Source of the DNA: Planctomycetota bacterium
GTDB lineage: Bacteria > Planctomycetota > PLA2 > JAEUHO01
DNA: 64,000 nucleotides
Direction of reading: 5' to 3'
Assembly (NCBI GenBank): GCA_965222115.1
Contig: CBDCTJ010000001.1
Location: 128,001 to 192,000 of the forward strand
Position 1 is the first letter of the stretch. The number at the start of each line of letters is the position of its first letter. The notes beneath the pieces were generated by a model that was not told the origin of the DNA, made no database searches, and saw only the letters and a list, made by a program, of their open reading frames with translations. Position numbers and translations under genes: made by a program. Below, in pieces: positions 27,618 to 36,980 of the stretch.

Positions 27618-29348
27618 TTACGCCGCGCCGCGGCCCTTCGGGGTGCGATGAAGCGAGTCGCGAAGTATCACGCGTACTGATTCGGCAATTATCAGCACTT
27701 CCAGTAACAAAAAGAGACTACCGAATCCGAATACGACCCAGTCAGGCTGGGCCTTTCGCCACTCCTCCGCAAGCCGAAGACAGGCTGCCCACGTGGTCAT
27801 GAATATCAGGAACATCATGGGCAACGCGATCGGTAGTGAGGGCCGCTTCTTCCGACGGAGATAGATCCAAAGTGTGAGCAGCGTAATGCCGCCAATCAAT
27901 TGGTTGGTCGTACCAAAGATGGGCCACAAGAGAAATCCGCCGCTGCCCATGCCGCGCCCCGGTGCGCGAACACCGAGTGCCAGAATGCCCGCGGGCACAA
28001 TCGCCACCGCCGCGGCCACGAAACGGTTCTTCAGTACGCCGATCTTGAGGGGCACGGCAAGTTCAGACAGGCAAAAGCGCTGAATCCGTGCGGCGGTGTC
28101 GAGCGTTGTTGCGGCGAAACTAATCACAATCACGGCCACCACGGTCTTGGCAAGTGGAGGCGCCGACGCGGCACCCACGAAGGGCTCCACGAGCGGCGAG
28201 ATGAACGTGGACGCGCCCAGCACAAAGTTTCCGATACCGCCGCGCTGCGCCTTCTCCCACGTGTCGTAGTGGCTGTGCCACGCATCGCCGAGTCCAGCGG
28301 TCACGGCAAGTACAGCGATCATCGCCAAGAGACCTTCGCCCAACATGCCGCCATACCCAATCGCACGTGCATCCCGCATGCAGTTGAGTTGTTTGGAAGT
28401 CGTGCCACTCGCGACGAGTCCATGAAATCCGCTGATCGCGCCGCAGGCAATGGTGATAAAGAGCAAAGGAAGGAGTGACGGCGTTCCGGGTGGCACGTTG
28501 GTGTTGAACTCGGGAGCGGTAATCGTTGGATTGACTATTACAAGTCCCAACAACAACGCCGCCAAGCCGATGAACAGCTGGTGGGAATTGATATAGTCCC
28601 GGGGCTGCAACAAGATGCGCACCGGCAAGACCGAGGCAATGTATGAATAGGCCAGCAGAAAGAGAATCCACGTGGGTATCGGTGAATTGGCGATTTGCAT
28701 GGACGCGGGCAACTGGCCGGCCTCGGGCATCTGTGCTGAGATAAATATGGCCACGTAAAGCAGTACGACCGCAATGATCGAAGGCCACAACAGGCCGGTC
28801 TTACGGCGGTAGAGCAAGAAGCCGATCACCAACGCAATTGCAATCTCAATGTTGACCGGCCACACCGATGCTGGCTGATTGGTGAACAGAAACGCAATCA
28901 ACCAGGCGAAGACGGCGATGACGACCCACGTGAGAAGAACGATGATCAGCAAGAACCAAATGCGCGCGCGCGAGCCGAGAATGGTCCCGGCGAGATCGCC
29001 CATCGTGCGACCGCCCTTTTTGGCCGACAGGCAGAGCGCACCGTAGTCGTGAACTGCGCCAATGAAAATCGTCCCAATCACGACCCATAGCAACGCCGGC
29101 ACCCATCCCCAGATCACCGCAATCGCAGGCCCCACTATGGGCGCGGCGCCGGCCACCGAACAAAAATGGTGTCCAAAAAGCACATGCTTGTTGCAGGGAA
29201 CAAAGTCAACGCCGTCCGCGTGGGTGTGGGCGGGTGTGGGATCGTCGTTGTCCATCTCAAAGACGCGACGCTCGATCCAGCGCGCATAAAATTTGATCGC
29301 CAACACAAATGCGATGATCGTCGTAAGTGCTACCCATACCGCTGGCAT
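27618..29348 (-). CDS. cstA: Carbon starvation protein A family peptide/pyruvate transporter
   Basis: TPAHTHADGVDFVP, LFGHHFCSVAGAAPIVGP, LLQPRDYINS, FITIACGAISGFH, GYGGMLGEG, WPIFGTTNQL. Confidence 0.95.
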   Translation of the reverse strand: MPAVWVALTTIIAFVLAIKFYARWIERRVFEMDNDDPTPAHTHADGVDFVPCNKHVLFGHHFCSVAGAAPIVGPAIAVIWGWVPALLWVVIGTIFIGAVHDYGALCLSAKKGGRTMGDLAGTILGSRARIWFLLIIVLLTWVVIAVFAWLIAFLFTNQPASVWPVNIEIAIALVIGFLLYRRKTGLLWPSIIAVVLLYVAIFISAQMPEAGQLPASMQIANSPIPTWILFLLAYSYIASVLPVRILLQPRDYINSHQLFIGLAALLLGLVIVNPTITAPEFNTNVPPGTPSLLPLLFITIACGAISGFHGLVASGTTSKQLNCMRDARAIGYGGMLGEGLLAMIAVLAVTAGLGDAWHSHYDTWEKAQRGGIGNFVLGASTFISPLVEPFVGAASAPPLAKTVVAVIVISFAATTLDTAARIQRFCLSELAVPLKIGVLKNRFVAAAVAIVPAGILALGVRAPGRGMGSGGFLLWPIFGTTNQLIGGITLLTLWIYLRRKKRPSLPIALPMMFLIFMTTWAACLRLAEEWRKAQPDWVVFGFGSLFLLLEVLIIAESVRVILRDSLHRTPKGRGAA

Positions 29349-29474
29349 TCGCACACCCTAGCGCAAGCACACTCGTTCTAAAAACGAGTCCTATGCAGGC
29401 CGAGGTCGGATACGATGCGCCCGCAATCCATTGGTTAGGTTCCAGGCCGTTGGTCAGGTTCCAGGAGACTTCAA

Positions 29475-30545
29475 ATGCACATGCCCCGGCGTTGCTGGCT
29501 CATATTTGTGACGACTGCCGTTGTTTCGACGGCGTTGTTGGTTGACGCAACACGAATACGCGCCGCGACGCCCATCGGCGGCCTGGCGGTCGCGGCGAGT
29601 CCCGATGGCAAGCACGTGATTGCGGCCGGAGACAATCGCGTGTTCTACGAGATCGATGCCGCTACGCTGAAGGTCAAGCGCCGCGTTCTCTTTGGTCGCC
29701 CGGTAGTCAAAATGGCGTTTTCGGGGGACGGCAAGCGACTCATCGTCGAGAGTACGAACGCCATTTCGCTCGTCGATCCGGCCACGCTAAAGCCCACGCG
29801 CACGATTGAAAACGCTGACTACTTGTCGGTGGCCCCGCAGGTGGGGCTAGCGGCTTACCGAACGCGATCACGGCCGGCCTCCGTACGAGTCATCAATCTC
29901 GCAACGGGAAAGGATGTCGCGGCAATCGAATATGAAGTGAGGGCCGGTTTGACGGCCATTGGCTTGAGCCCCGATGGCAAACGACTCTTGATCTTCGGAT
30001 CGGGCAAGAAGGACGACGCCGAGAAGGAAGTTCCGCGCAAAGATCGCCCCAAGGACCTCAAGGGTGCCGCGCGCACGGAATACAACCACAAACACGACGG
30101 GCGCATGGCGCCATTTCGCATTGTGGACGTGACCACGGGCAAGAACATCCTGCGCGGAAAGTCGTGGATCTGCCCCGGGGGCGGCACACAGGTCACATGG
30201 GCAGGCCCCGAGGCGTTTGTTTCTACCTATGGCAACGACAACGTGCGCGTGGCCAAAGACGGCACCATCCACTACTTCGCCATGGCCAACAGCTACAACT
30301 ACGGCATGGGATCGAGCGTATCGGGCGACGCGCTGCTCGCGGGCGGCCTGCGGAGAGGATCGCGGACCGCACTACCGAGCCTCAAGGCCACTACGTTTGA
30401 ACTGAAATCGGTGCCAGGGTTTCCCGAGTACTGGAAGAGCTTTTCGTTCAATTCGTCCGGCGTGGGCTTCGGAACCACGTCAGCATTTCGGTTGGCACGC
30501 ATTAGCGCGGACGGAAAGATCGAACAGGTCGCGTTCGTCCACTAG
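29475..30545 (+). CDS. Exported beta-propeller (WD40/YVTN-like) protein
   Basis: Signal peptide; AASPDGK, AFSGDGK, LSPDGK, DAATLK/DPATLK/NLATGK/DVTTGK blade motifs. Confidence 0.78.
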   Translation: MHMPRRCWLIFVTTAVVSTALLVDATRIRAATPIGGLAVAASPDGKHVIAAGDNRVFYEIDAATLKVKRRVLFGRPVVKMAFSGDGKRLIVESTNAISLVDPATLKPTRTIENADYLSVAPQVGLAAYRTRSRPASVRVINLATGKDVAAIEYEVRAGLTAIGLSPDGKRLLIFGSGKKDDAEKEVPRKDRPKDLKGAARTEYNHKHDGRMAPFRIVDVTTGKNILRGKSWICPGGGTQVTWAGPEAFVSTYGNDNVRVAKDGTIHYFAMANSYNYGMGSSVSGDALLAGGLRRGSRTALPSLKATTFELKSVPGFPEYWKSFSFNSSGVGFGTTSAFRLARISADGKIEQVAFVH

Positions 30546-30613
30546 CGGGCGAGCATTGTTAGCCCGCAATCAATCTCGCCGTAGCGTAGGCGCGTCTACG
30601 CGAGGCCCCTCCG

Positions 30614-31267
30614 ATGCATGCTCCATTTCCCATCGCGATCATCGATTCCGTCGCGCGCTGGGATGAAGATGTGTTCCGCGCCGTCAATGCCTTTGCGCGC
30701 GAGAACCGCGGCAGCGAGTTTGATTATCTCATGCGCGCCGCGAGTGAATGGGGCTCGGGGTATACGGTTGTACTAGTCGCCGCGGCGGTTGGGCTCGCAA
30801 GTCGTACGTCCGCGTCCTTGCACGCGCGCATGCGGCGAATCATTGTCGCCGAAATACTTGTCGCGTTCGTCGTTCGTTGGCTCAAGAACAGTATTGGGCG
30901 CAAGCGCCCCCGGGGAGCCCTTGCGGCCTCGTTTGCCGGCGGTTCGTTGGTGCCCATCTTCGATCTAAAGGCCACCGTTGCATCGATGCCGTCGGGCCAC
31001 GCCGCGACGATCTGGTGCCTGGCGGTATTGCTCATCGCGTTTTCGAATGCGCTCCCCACCAGGTGGCGCTGGTTCTTCGGCGGTTGGGCTGTGGTGATCG
31101 CAAGCGTGGGTTCGTATGCGCGAATCTACGCGGGAGTCCATTATCCGTTGGACGTGATTGCCGGTGCGGCGCTTGGCGTCGCCATTGCCCTGTTGGTGCT
31201 TTGGGGCTTGAATCGCCTCGGTCGACGAATTGCAGAAGAACACCCGCGGCGAGAGCCGGTGGCATGA
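30614..31267 (+). CDS. PAP2 family phosphatase
   Basis: K-x6-RP (KNSIGRKRP), SMPSGH, RIYAGVHYPLDV. Confidence 0.9.
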   Translation: MHAPFPIAIIDSVARWDEDVFRAVNAFARENRGSEFDYLMRAASEWGSGYTVVLVAAAVGLASRTSASLHARMRRIIVAEILVAFVVRWLKNSIGRKRPRGALAASFAGGSLVPIFDLKATVASMPSGHAATIWCLAVLLIAFSNALPTRWRWFFGGWAVVIASVGSYARIYAGVHYPLDVIAGAALGVAIALLVLWGLNRLGRRIAEEHPRREPVA

Positions 31268-32946
31268 GTCGCACAGTCTGGTTGGTGCTCCTGGGCCTTG
31301 TGGCCGTGGCGATGGCTTCCGGACTGGGGTCATTGGGTCTCGTCGACTATGACGAGGCCGTCTATGCGCAGGTGTCGTGGGAGATGGCCGAGCGCGGCGA
31401 TCTTATTCACCCCACGTTGCAGGGCGAGGGCTGGTACGAAAAGCCGCCCTTTGTGTATTGGACACAAATAGCCGGTTACGCCGTGCTGGGCAAGAACGAG
31501 TGGGCGGTGCGCATCCTCAATGTGCTCGGCGCACTTTTGGGCGCCGTCTTTCTTGCTTGGACCGTCGGCGCGTCATTTGGCGAACGCCGTGCCCAGTGGG
31601 CAAGCTTAATGTTTTTGACCTCGGCGTTCACGCTTGGGTTGTCGCAACTTGCGCTGACCGACATGTGGCTCACCACGTGGCTCGTGCTTGCCGTCGGATC
31701 GACCCTGCGAGCCATTCATCCATGGGAACAAGGGGGAAAAGTCCACAAGGGGTGGTGGGCACTGGCCTCAGTTGCTTGCGGCCTCGCGATGCTTACAAAG
31801 GGCGCGATCGGACTGCTCCTTCCTGCCGGCGCGCTGTTCTTTTATCTGGTTGCAACCAAACGGCTGCACTTCATTCGACAGGCCGGACTCATTGCTTGGG
31901 GACTCGCCCTCGCGGTGGGCATTGGCTTCTCGTGGTACCTCCTGCTTGGAATCACAGCCGAGGGCGGGTTCGCGTTCATGGGCGAACTCTTCATGGAACA
32001 CCACGTGGGCCGTTTCCTTAATCCCATGCAGGGGCACAAGGGTTCCCTCTTCTTCTACGTCCCGATCGTATTGCTAGGACTTGTCCCGTGGCTTCCGTAC
32101 GTCCTTGGCGGCATGAACACCAAACTTCGGTCGCGGCTAAATCCAGATGCGCAACGAACGCTCCTCTTGTTCGGCATCTTTGCGGGCTTGACGTTCGTGT
32201 TTTTCAGCGTGGCTGCCACGAAGCTTCCCAACTACGTGGCGCCCGTCTTTCCTGCCCTCTCGTTGTTCGGCGCCGTCCTACTCGACGACGAGCGAAAACA
32301 CGCGGAACGCAATGAATCGCCGCGCACGTGGCTTTACAAGGGTCAAATCCTTGCGTTGCTTGTCGTGGCCGCGCTTGCCATGTGTCATGTCTCGCTCACC
32401 GAATGGGCGCAGACCGATCCCCATCGCAGAGCACTCCGCGAGCTACCGGGTCTGGCACAGCCGTTTGACGCGGGCGCGGGCCCCTACGCGTTGGGTGGCC
32501 TCGCGATGCTCATTGCCGGACTGGTGTATTGGCTGTGGAAGCAGATTCAGCCGCGCATGGTAGCGGTCGTATTGGCCCTGGGTTCGGCTGCAATCTTAGC
32601 CACCTGCGCGCACATGGTGTTCCCCAGATACGACCGACACTTTCAAGCACCACTTCGATACTTAGCCACCCATGCGGCTACCTCAACCGGACCGGACGAA
32701 CGCATTCTCATGCTCGGCATACGCCATCGACCAAGCATGCTGTTTTATGGCACACGTGGCACGGAGTACTTCAGCGTGAAGCACCCCGAGAAACTTAAGG
32801 CCGCCCTTGCCGAATCCGCCCCGCGAGTGGGCATTGTGCGAACGCGCGAAGAGGTTCAACTCGTGGATGTTGCGACCGTGCAACGTCTCCAGTCGAGTGG
32901 TGGCTGGTCGCTCGTACGTGTATCGTCACTGCCGGATACGAAGTAA
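31264..32946 (+). CDS. ArnT/PMT-family (GT-C) glycosyltransferase
   Basis: ATGA overlap with the PAP2 stop; DYDEAVYAQVSWEM, YEKPPFVYW, LTKG, KLPNY; many TMs. Confidence 0.88.
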   Translation: MSRTVWLVLLGLVAVAMASGLGSLGLVDYDEAVYAQVSWEMAERGDLIHPTLQGEGWYEKPPFVYWTQIAGYAVLGKNEWAVRILNVLGALLGAVFLAWTVGASFGERRAQWASLMFLTSAFTLGLSQLALTDMWLTTWLVLAVGSTLRAIHPWEQGGKVHKGWWALASVACGLAMLTKGAIGLLLPAGALFFYLVATKRLHFIRQAGLIAWGLALAVGIGFSWYLLLGITAEGGFAFMGELFMEHHVGRFLNPMQGHKGSLFFYVPIVLLGLVPWLPYVLGGMNTKLRSRLNPDAQRTLLLFGIFAGLTFVFFSVAATKLPNYVAPVFPALSLFGAVLLDDERKHAERNESPRTWLYKGQILALLVVAALAMCHVSLTEWAQTDPHRRALRELPGLAQPFDAGAGPYALGGLAMLIAGLVYWLWKQIQPRMVAVVLALGSAAILATCAHMVFPRYDRHFQAPLRYLATHAATSTGPDERILMLGIRHRPSMLFYGTRGTEYFSVKHPEKLKAALAESAPRVGIVRTREEVQLVDVATVQRLQSSGGWSLVRVSSLPDTK

Positions 32947-33018
32947 CGCTAGCAGCCGGGGAACCTACGTTCGGATCGGGATTCACGAAGCGTGTGGCAG
33001 CGGTGAAGCAGGCCCTCG

Positions 33019-33948
33019 TCAATCGTCGAAATCCTGGCGTATGAGCTTGTACACGTCCTCGAACGGTTCTTCGTGAGATAGATCCAAGAAACGCACCACA
33101 CCCGTCTCGGCCAACGCGGCCATCGCCTTGAACTCTCGCGCCATGATGGCTTTGTCATCTAGCGCCAGGCGAAAGGAGTGTCTAAGTAGCTCGATTAGTG
33201 CATCGCCCGCATTGCACGGATGTATGCGAGATGCCGACGCTTCAGGGCGAACGACATAGATGCGTCCAATGCGCGTGAATCCATCGCTAAACCGAATGTG
33301 GGGAACATCTTCTGGTATGAAGCGACGTTTGTCTGCGTAATCGGACACCCGCCTATCTTTGGCAACCGGTGGCAAGAGGCGCGCCGCGTCTCGCGGCCAA
33401 AGACGAATTCCCTGGTAGGTAGCGAGTGCGCTCCAAACGCCGTTCCGCTCTCGGACAACAAGCGAGTCATCCCCGAGATGTTCAAAGCCGCGCAGCGCGA
33501 AATTGAGCGCCAGTGTCGACTTCCCTGCGCCCGTCTCGCCGAGGAAAATGATCGTTCGTCCCTTGGAGGCCACGGCACTCCCATGGACCAAATGTCTTCC
33601 ATGCAATGTAAGAGCGCGGGGTATTGCGTTGTCCAGGAGATAGTGCTCCATCGTGATCGCCGAACAACTCGGCGCCGTCTTGACCACCATGCCGCTTCCA
33701 TTGCGCTTTATGTCTGCGAATAGTTCATTCCACACGACAAGCTTGTACGAATCGTGGGTGCTATGAATGGTAAAGGAGGACGTCTCATCCTCTTCGTCTT
33801 CATAGATGCATGCGCCACCGGGTGACGCCCCATCCCATGTATCGCCACGACGGATATCCAGTAGCGCCTGGCCGTTATCCGCGGTGGGCAAGACATCCGA
33901 TGCGTCCGACATCGAGACGACGATGTCTCCGAATTTGTAGCGCCTCAC
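33019..33948 (-). CDS. HPr-kinase-related P-loop kinase (lasso-peptide kinase-like)
   Basis: LVHGSAV, GETGAGKST, LGDD, IRLWP, DKRR; GTG start 10 nt after the methyltransferase stop. Confidence 0.85.
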   Translation of the reverse strand: MRRYKFGDIVVSMSDASDVLPTADNGQALLDIRRGDTWDGASPGGACIYEDEEDETSSFTIHSTHDSYKLVVWNELFADIKRNGSGMVVKTAPSCSAITMEHYLLDNAIPRALTLHGRHLVHGSAVASKGRTIIFLGETGAGKSTLALNFALRGFEHLGDDSLVVRERNGVWSALATYQGIRLWPRDAARLLPPVAKDRRVSDYADKRRFIPEDVPHIRFSDGFTRIGRIYVVRPEASASRIHPCNAGDALIELLRHSFRLALDDKAIMAREFKAMAALAETGVVRFLDLSHEEPFEDVYKLIRQDFDD

Positions 33949-33958
33949 TGCAGAAACC

Positions 33959-35104
33959 CTACTCGGCGTACTTTTCCGCCAACTCTCGAACGAACTGGAG
34001 AGCTGCGTCGCGTGACGGATAGGACTTGGGCGACATTGATTGGACGACGTCGGCAATCTCTTCCGTACTTCCTGTTCCGTCCATCTTGCCAAGTGCCTCG
34101 CGTGCCGTACGGCCTTTAGGGGTCAATGTAGGCCGATAGCCGGATGCATGCTTGCGGGCCATGTCCGCGTTGAACGTCTCTCCCAAGAACTCGGATTGCC
34201 TCATGGTAATGTCCTTGCGACCTGTGCCTCGAACGCTCGCACGCCAAGTCCATATGTATCCGTCGTGCGTTCGCGAACCGCGGAAGCCTATCGTCAATTC
34301 GTCGCCACGGCGCAACTCAACCGCGTCCCGCAGCGGAAAATAGGCTCTTCCGTAGGCGGGCACAGGCATGCCCGGCGAGTTTCGCATTTGAATGTTTTCC
34401 GTGAGATCAGATTCAAACCAGACCTGAGCGGCATCCACCGTTACCGGCCGATGTGCGGTCCAGGTGGCCTGCCCATGAAAGTCCTGCTTAGGTTCTTCGC
34501 GGTATTCAAGTGTTGCCCAATGCCGTGCGGGAAGCACGACCTCTTCGGCTTCGACACATTGCTTCTGCCAGCTATGGACCATCGTTTCGACAAGCGCGGC
34601 CACGTCGATGCCAAAGTCCCAGTCGCCCCAAGGCCGCATGTGATTCGTCCACGTATCGGGTGCGTAAACGGGAGCCACAAACATGCGGTCCCTGAGCGCG
34701 ATCACGGCGGCATCGCTTGTCACAAGTCGGGTCCGGGCGTCGTGTACCGACTGCCAATTGGCTCCATGGTGGGGCATGGTGCCGCGCATATCGGATAAGA
34801 GCACGCTCCCTTGCTCTGGCAAGTCGACGTTGGTTGAAACGTCATGAATCGTGGTTACGCGATCGGCGAATCCCTCCTTCTTGATCAGTTGCTTCGCCAA
34901 TGAAATCGACGCCCTGTCCGACTCAATGGCGTACACATGTTTTGCGCCCGCACGACAGGCCAAGATCGTGAAAAAACCGGTCCCGGACCCAAGCTCCACA
35001 ACGACATCCCCAGCGCCCACCACTTCGTCGATGGCGTCGGCGTACGCAGGTGCGCGTACGGGATCGATCATCGTTCCATAAGCACGTATCGAATATCCAC
35101 TCAT
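33959..35104 (-). CDS. SAM-dependent methyltransferase with protein-arginine-methyltransferase (PRMT)-like fold
   Basis: MIDPVRAPAY, VVELGSGTG, VYAIE, LLSDMRG, VWFESDL, NSPG...YFPL; GGAG RBS. Confidence 0.85.
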   Translation of the reverse strand: MSGYSIRAYGTMIDPVRAPAYADAIDEVVGAGDVVVELGSGTGFFTILACRAGAKHVYAIESDRASISLAKQLIKKEGFADRVTTIHDVSTNVDLPEQGSVLLSDMRGTMPHHGANWQSVHDARTRLVTSDAAVIALRDRMFVAPVYAPDTWTNHMRPWGDWDFGIDVAALVETMVHSWQKQCVEAEEVVLPARHWATLEYREEPKQDFHGQATWTAHRPVTVDAAQVWFESDLTENIQMRNSPGMPVPAYGRAYFPLRDAVELRRGDELTIGFRGSRTHDGYIWTWRASVRGTGRKDITMRQSEFLGETFNADMARKHASGYRPTLTPKGRTAREALGKMDGTGSTEEIADVVQSMSPKSYPSRDAALQFVRELAEKYAE

Positions 35105-35216
35105 GACGACTCCATCGAATGACGCAAAGAAGCCTTGCGATCAACTCGACCACGACGAAACGGGTGCGCGGGTCATAGAACGGGCAACCGCAAGCACGCG
35201 AAATTTGTCTTGCGAC

Positions 35217-35510
35217 CTAGGAGCCCGGCTCAGCAACGAGCAATCCCTTTTCAAGGAGCTGCTCGACAAGGGCATGAATATCCCCGTTCGCTCGGTCGCG
35301 TTCAACATCAAACTCGCTCGTAAGCTCGTCCAGTGTCCGGGCAATCGAACCGTGTTCGCTTATAGAAGTCCAAATAAACGTACCCACTTCATTGAGGCCG
35401 AAGTACGTCCCAGAGGCGAGGTCTACGAGCACCGACTCTTCCTCGGAGAACGAACGAAAGAGCACATCGGGGGAGACGCGAACGTCTCGAGTTGTCTTGG
35501 ATGCGGTCAT
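35217..35510 (-). CDS. PqqD family RiPP recognition element (lasso B1-like)
   Basis: ESVLVDLASGTYFGLNEVGTFIW...LTSEFDVERDRANGDIHALVEQLLEKGLL; 97 aa. Confidence 0.93.
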   Translation of the reverse strand: MTASKTTRDVRVSPDVLFRSFSEEESVLVDLASGTYFGLNEVGTFIWTSISEHGSIARTLDELTSEFDVERDRANGDIHALVEQLLEKGLLVAEPGS

Positions 35511-35833
35511 AGGTCTGTCCCATCCCCCAAAATTGAGAACAACGATGAATCGCCGGTTGCATTCAACATGGGGAGCTTGCCCGAGGCAACCTCATGTCGC
35601 TCGAATACTCAAACTAGAGGAATTCGACCGGCCAATTGGACGGTCTACGAGGCGAAGCGCCTAAACATCCGCGTTCGAGCGGCACTACCTCTGAATTCGA
35701 CCTTGGCGGCTTCCGAACTGCCTTACAGACGGGCGCACAGTTGCACCGCACATCGAGGAATCCCTCGCCCATGAAGGGTCCGTACGTAGCATTTATGAGC
35801 CCCGTCACGGGGTGCGGAGCTCTGGGAGGAGTC

Positions 35834-36961
35834 ATGGTTCGGATCGCGCTCACAATCCTCGCTGCAATGTTGATCTCGGGATGCGCAGCCCCATTTCTTC
35901 AACGTCCGCAGGCGGCTGACGACTGCCCCTCCTGCCAGCCCGCCTTGAGCGACGAGATCGCAAAGTCGGCATTCGCACACACGGCCGAACCCGATTCCGG
36001 CGACACCTACTACGGCGCCGGCGGGCACCTGATCCCCAGCATCGGCGCGTCGATTCACGGTGGCCGCGTCATTCGTCGCACCAAGGACTGGACACTGGCG
36101 CTTGAAGCCGAGTTGATGGGCCATTTCATTGACGACGAGGCGTTCGTGGACGACGGCAACCCGGCTGCGGACCCCTTCATTCAACTCAAGACGGGTGTGA
36201 AGTTTCGCTCCAACCCCTCGGGCTTTCGCCACTGGACGGCACGAGCCGGTCTCACCTACTTTTACGCGGGGAAAGACCCCAATATTGTCCAGGACGAGGG
36301 CAGCTACCTCGGCGTCTACGGCGGAATTGGTTACGAGACGGACATTACCCAAAACATCACGGTGGGCCCGGAGCTGAGCCTCACGGTCGCATCCAAAGCC
36401 GACGAAATCGACTTCAGTCATGGCGTCGTGCCAACGCTTTCGTGGCGCGTGACGTGGTGGCCGGGTGGAAACGGATGCTCCCTTGACCGCTGGCGCAAGC
36501 CCGGCGAACTCTACATGGACCTTGCGGCAATGGCACTGCCGTCCATAGGCGGCGGTTTCGGTTTCGGCCAGGTGTTCTCGCGCGAAGACGGTAAAACGTG
36601 GTCCTTTGAAGCCTTGGCGGGTCTCCAGTCGCTCGACGACGGCACGCTTTGGGCCGACTCCGATGGAGAGTTTGGTCAGTTCCGTGGCGGCGTCAAGGTT
36701 GCGTTTGCCGACCGGGGCATGGGCCACTGGGTCGGCCGCGCGGGGCTCGCCTTCTTAAGAAACACGGGCGAGATTCAGGGCTTTTCCGACACCGGCGACT
36801 ACTTCGGTGGCTATGTAGGCATCGGCTACGAGTTTGAAATCAATAAGTGGCTCACGATGGGTCCCGAGATCTCTCTCACCGTGGCCGACAAGGAAGGCCT
36901 CAGCGACATCGACATTGAGGTGCTGCCGCAGTTCCTCTGGCACGTCATCATCAAGTTCTAG
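35834..36961 (+). CDS. Outer-membrane beta-barrel lipoprotein with two tandem barrel domains
   Basis: GGAGGAG RBS; lipobox ISGC; duplicated PSIG...G-Y-G-Y-GIGYE...GPE...W; C-terminal Phe. Confidence 0.72.
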   Translation: MVRIALTILAAMLISGCAAPFLQRPQAADDCPSCQPALSDEIAKSAFAHTAEPDSGDTYYGAGGHLIPSIGASIHGGRVIRRTKDWTLALEAELMGHFIDDEAFVDDGNPAADPFIQLKTGVKFRSNPSGFRHWTARAGLTYFYAGKDPNIVQDEGSYLGVYGGIGYETDITQNITVGPELSLTVASKADEIDFSHGVVPTLSWRVTWWPGGNGCSLDRWRKPGELYMDLAAMALPSIGGGFGFGQVFSREDGKTWSFEALAGLQSLDDGTLWADSDGEFGQFRGGVKVAFADRGMGHWVGRAGLAFLRNTGEIQGFSDTGDYFGGYVGIGYEFEINKWLTMGPEISLTVADKEGLSDIDIEVLPQFLWHVIIKF

Positions 36962-36980
36962 ACCGCGCAAAGACTCCTGG

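Noticed and set aside
30748-31263. N-terminal extension of the 732-aa ArnT ORF
   Set aside because: Overlaps PAP2 in another frame; the real start is the ATGA overlap at 31264.
35507-35569. 20-aa minus-strand ORF MLNATGDSSLFSILGDGTDL overlapping the pqqD start, as a candidate RiPP precursor
   Set aside because: Too short, no YxxPxL leader, Thr is at -1 rather than -2 to Gly, no RBS.
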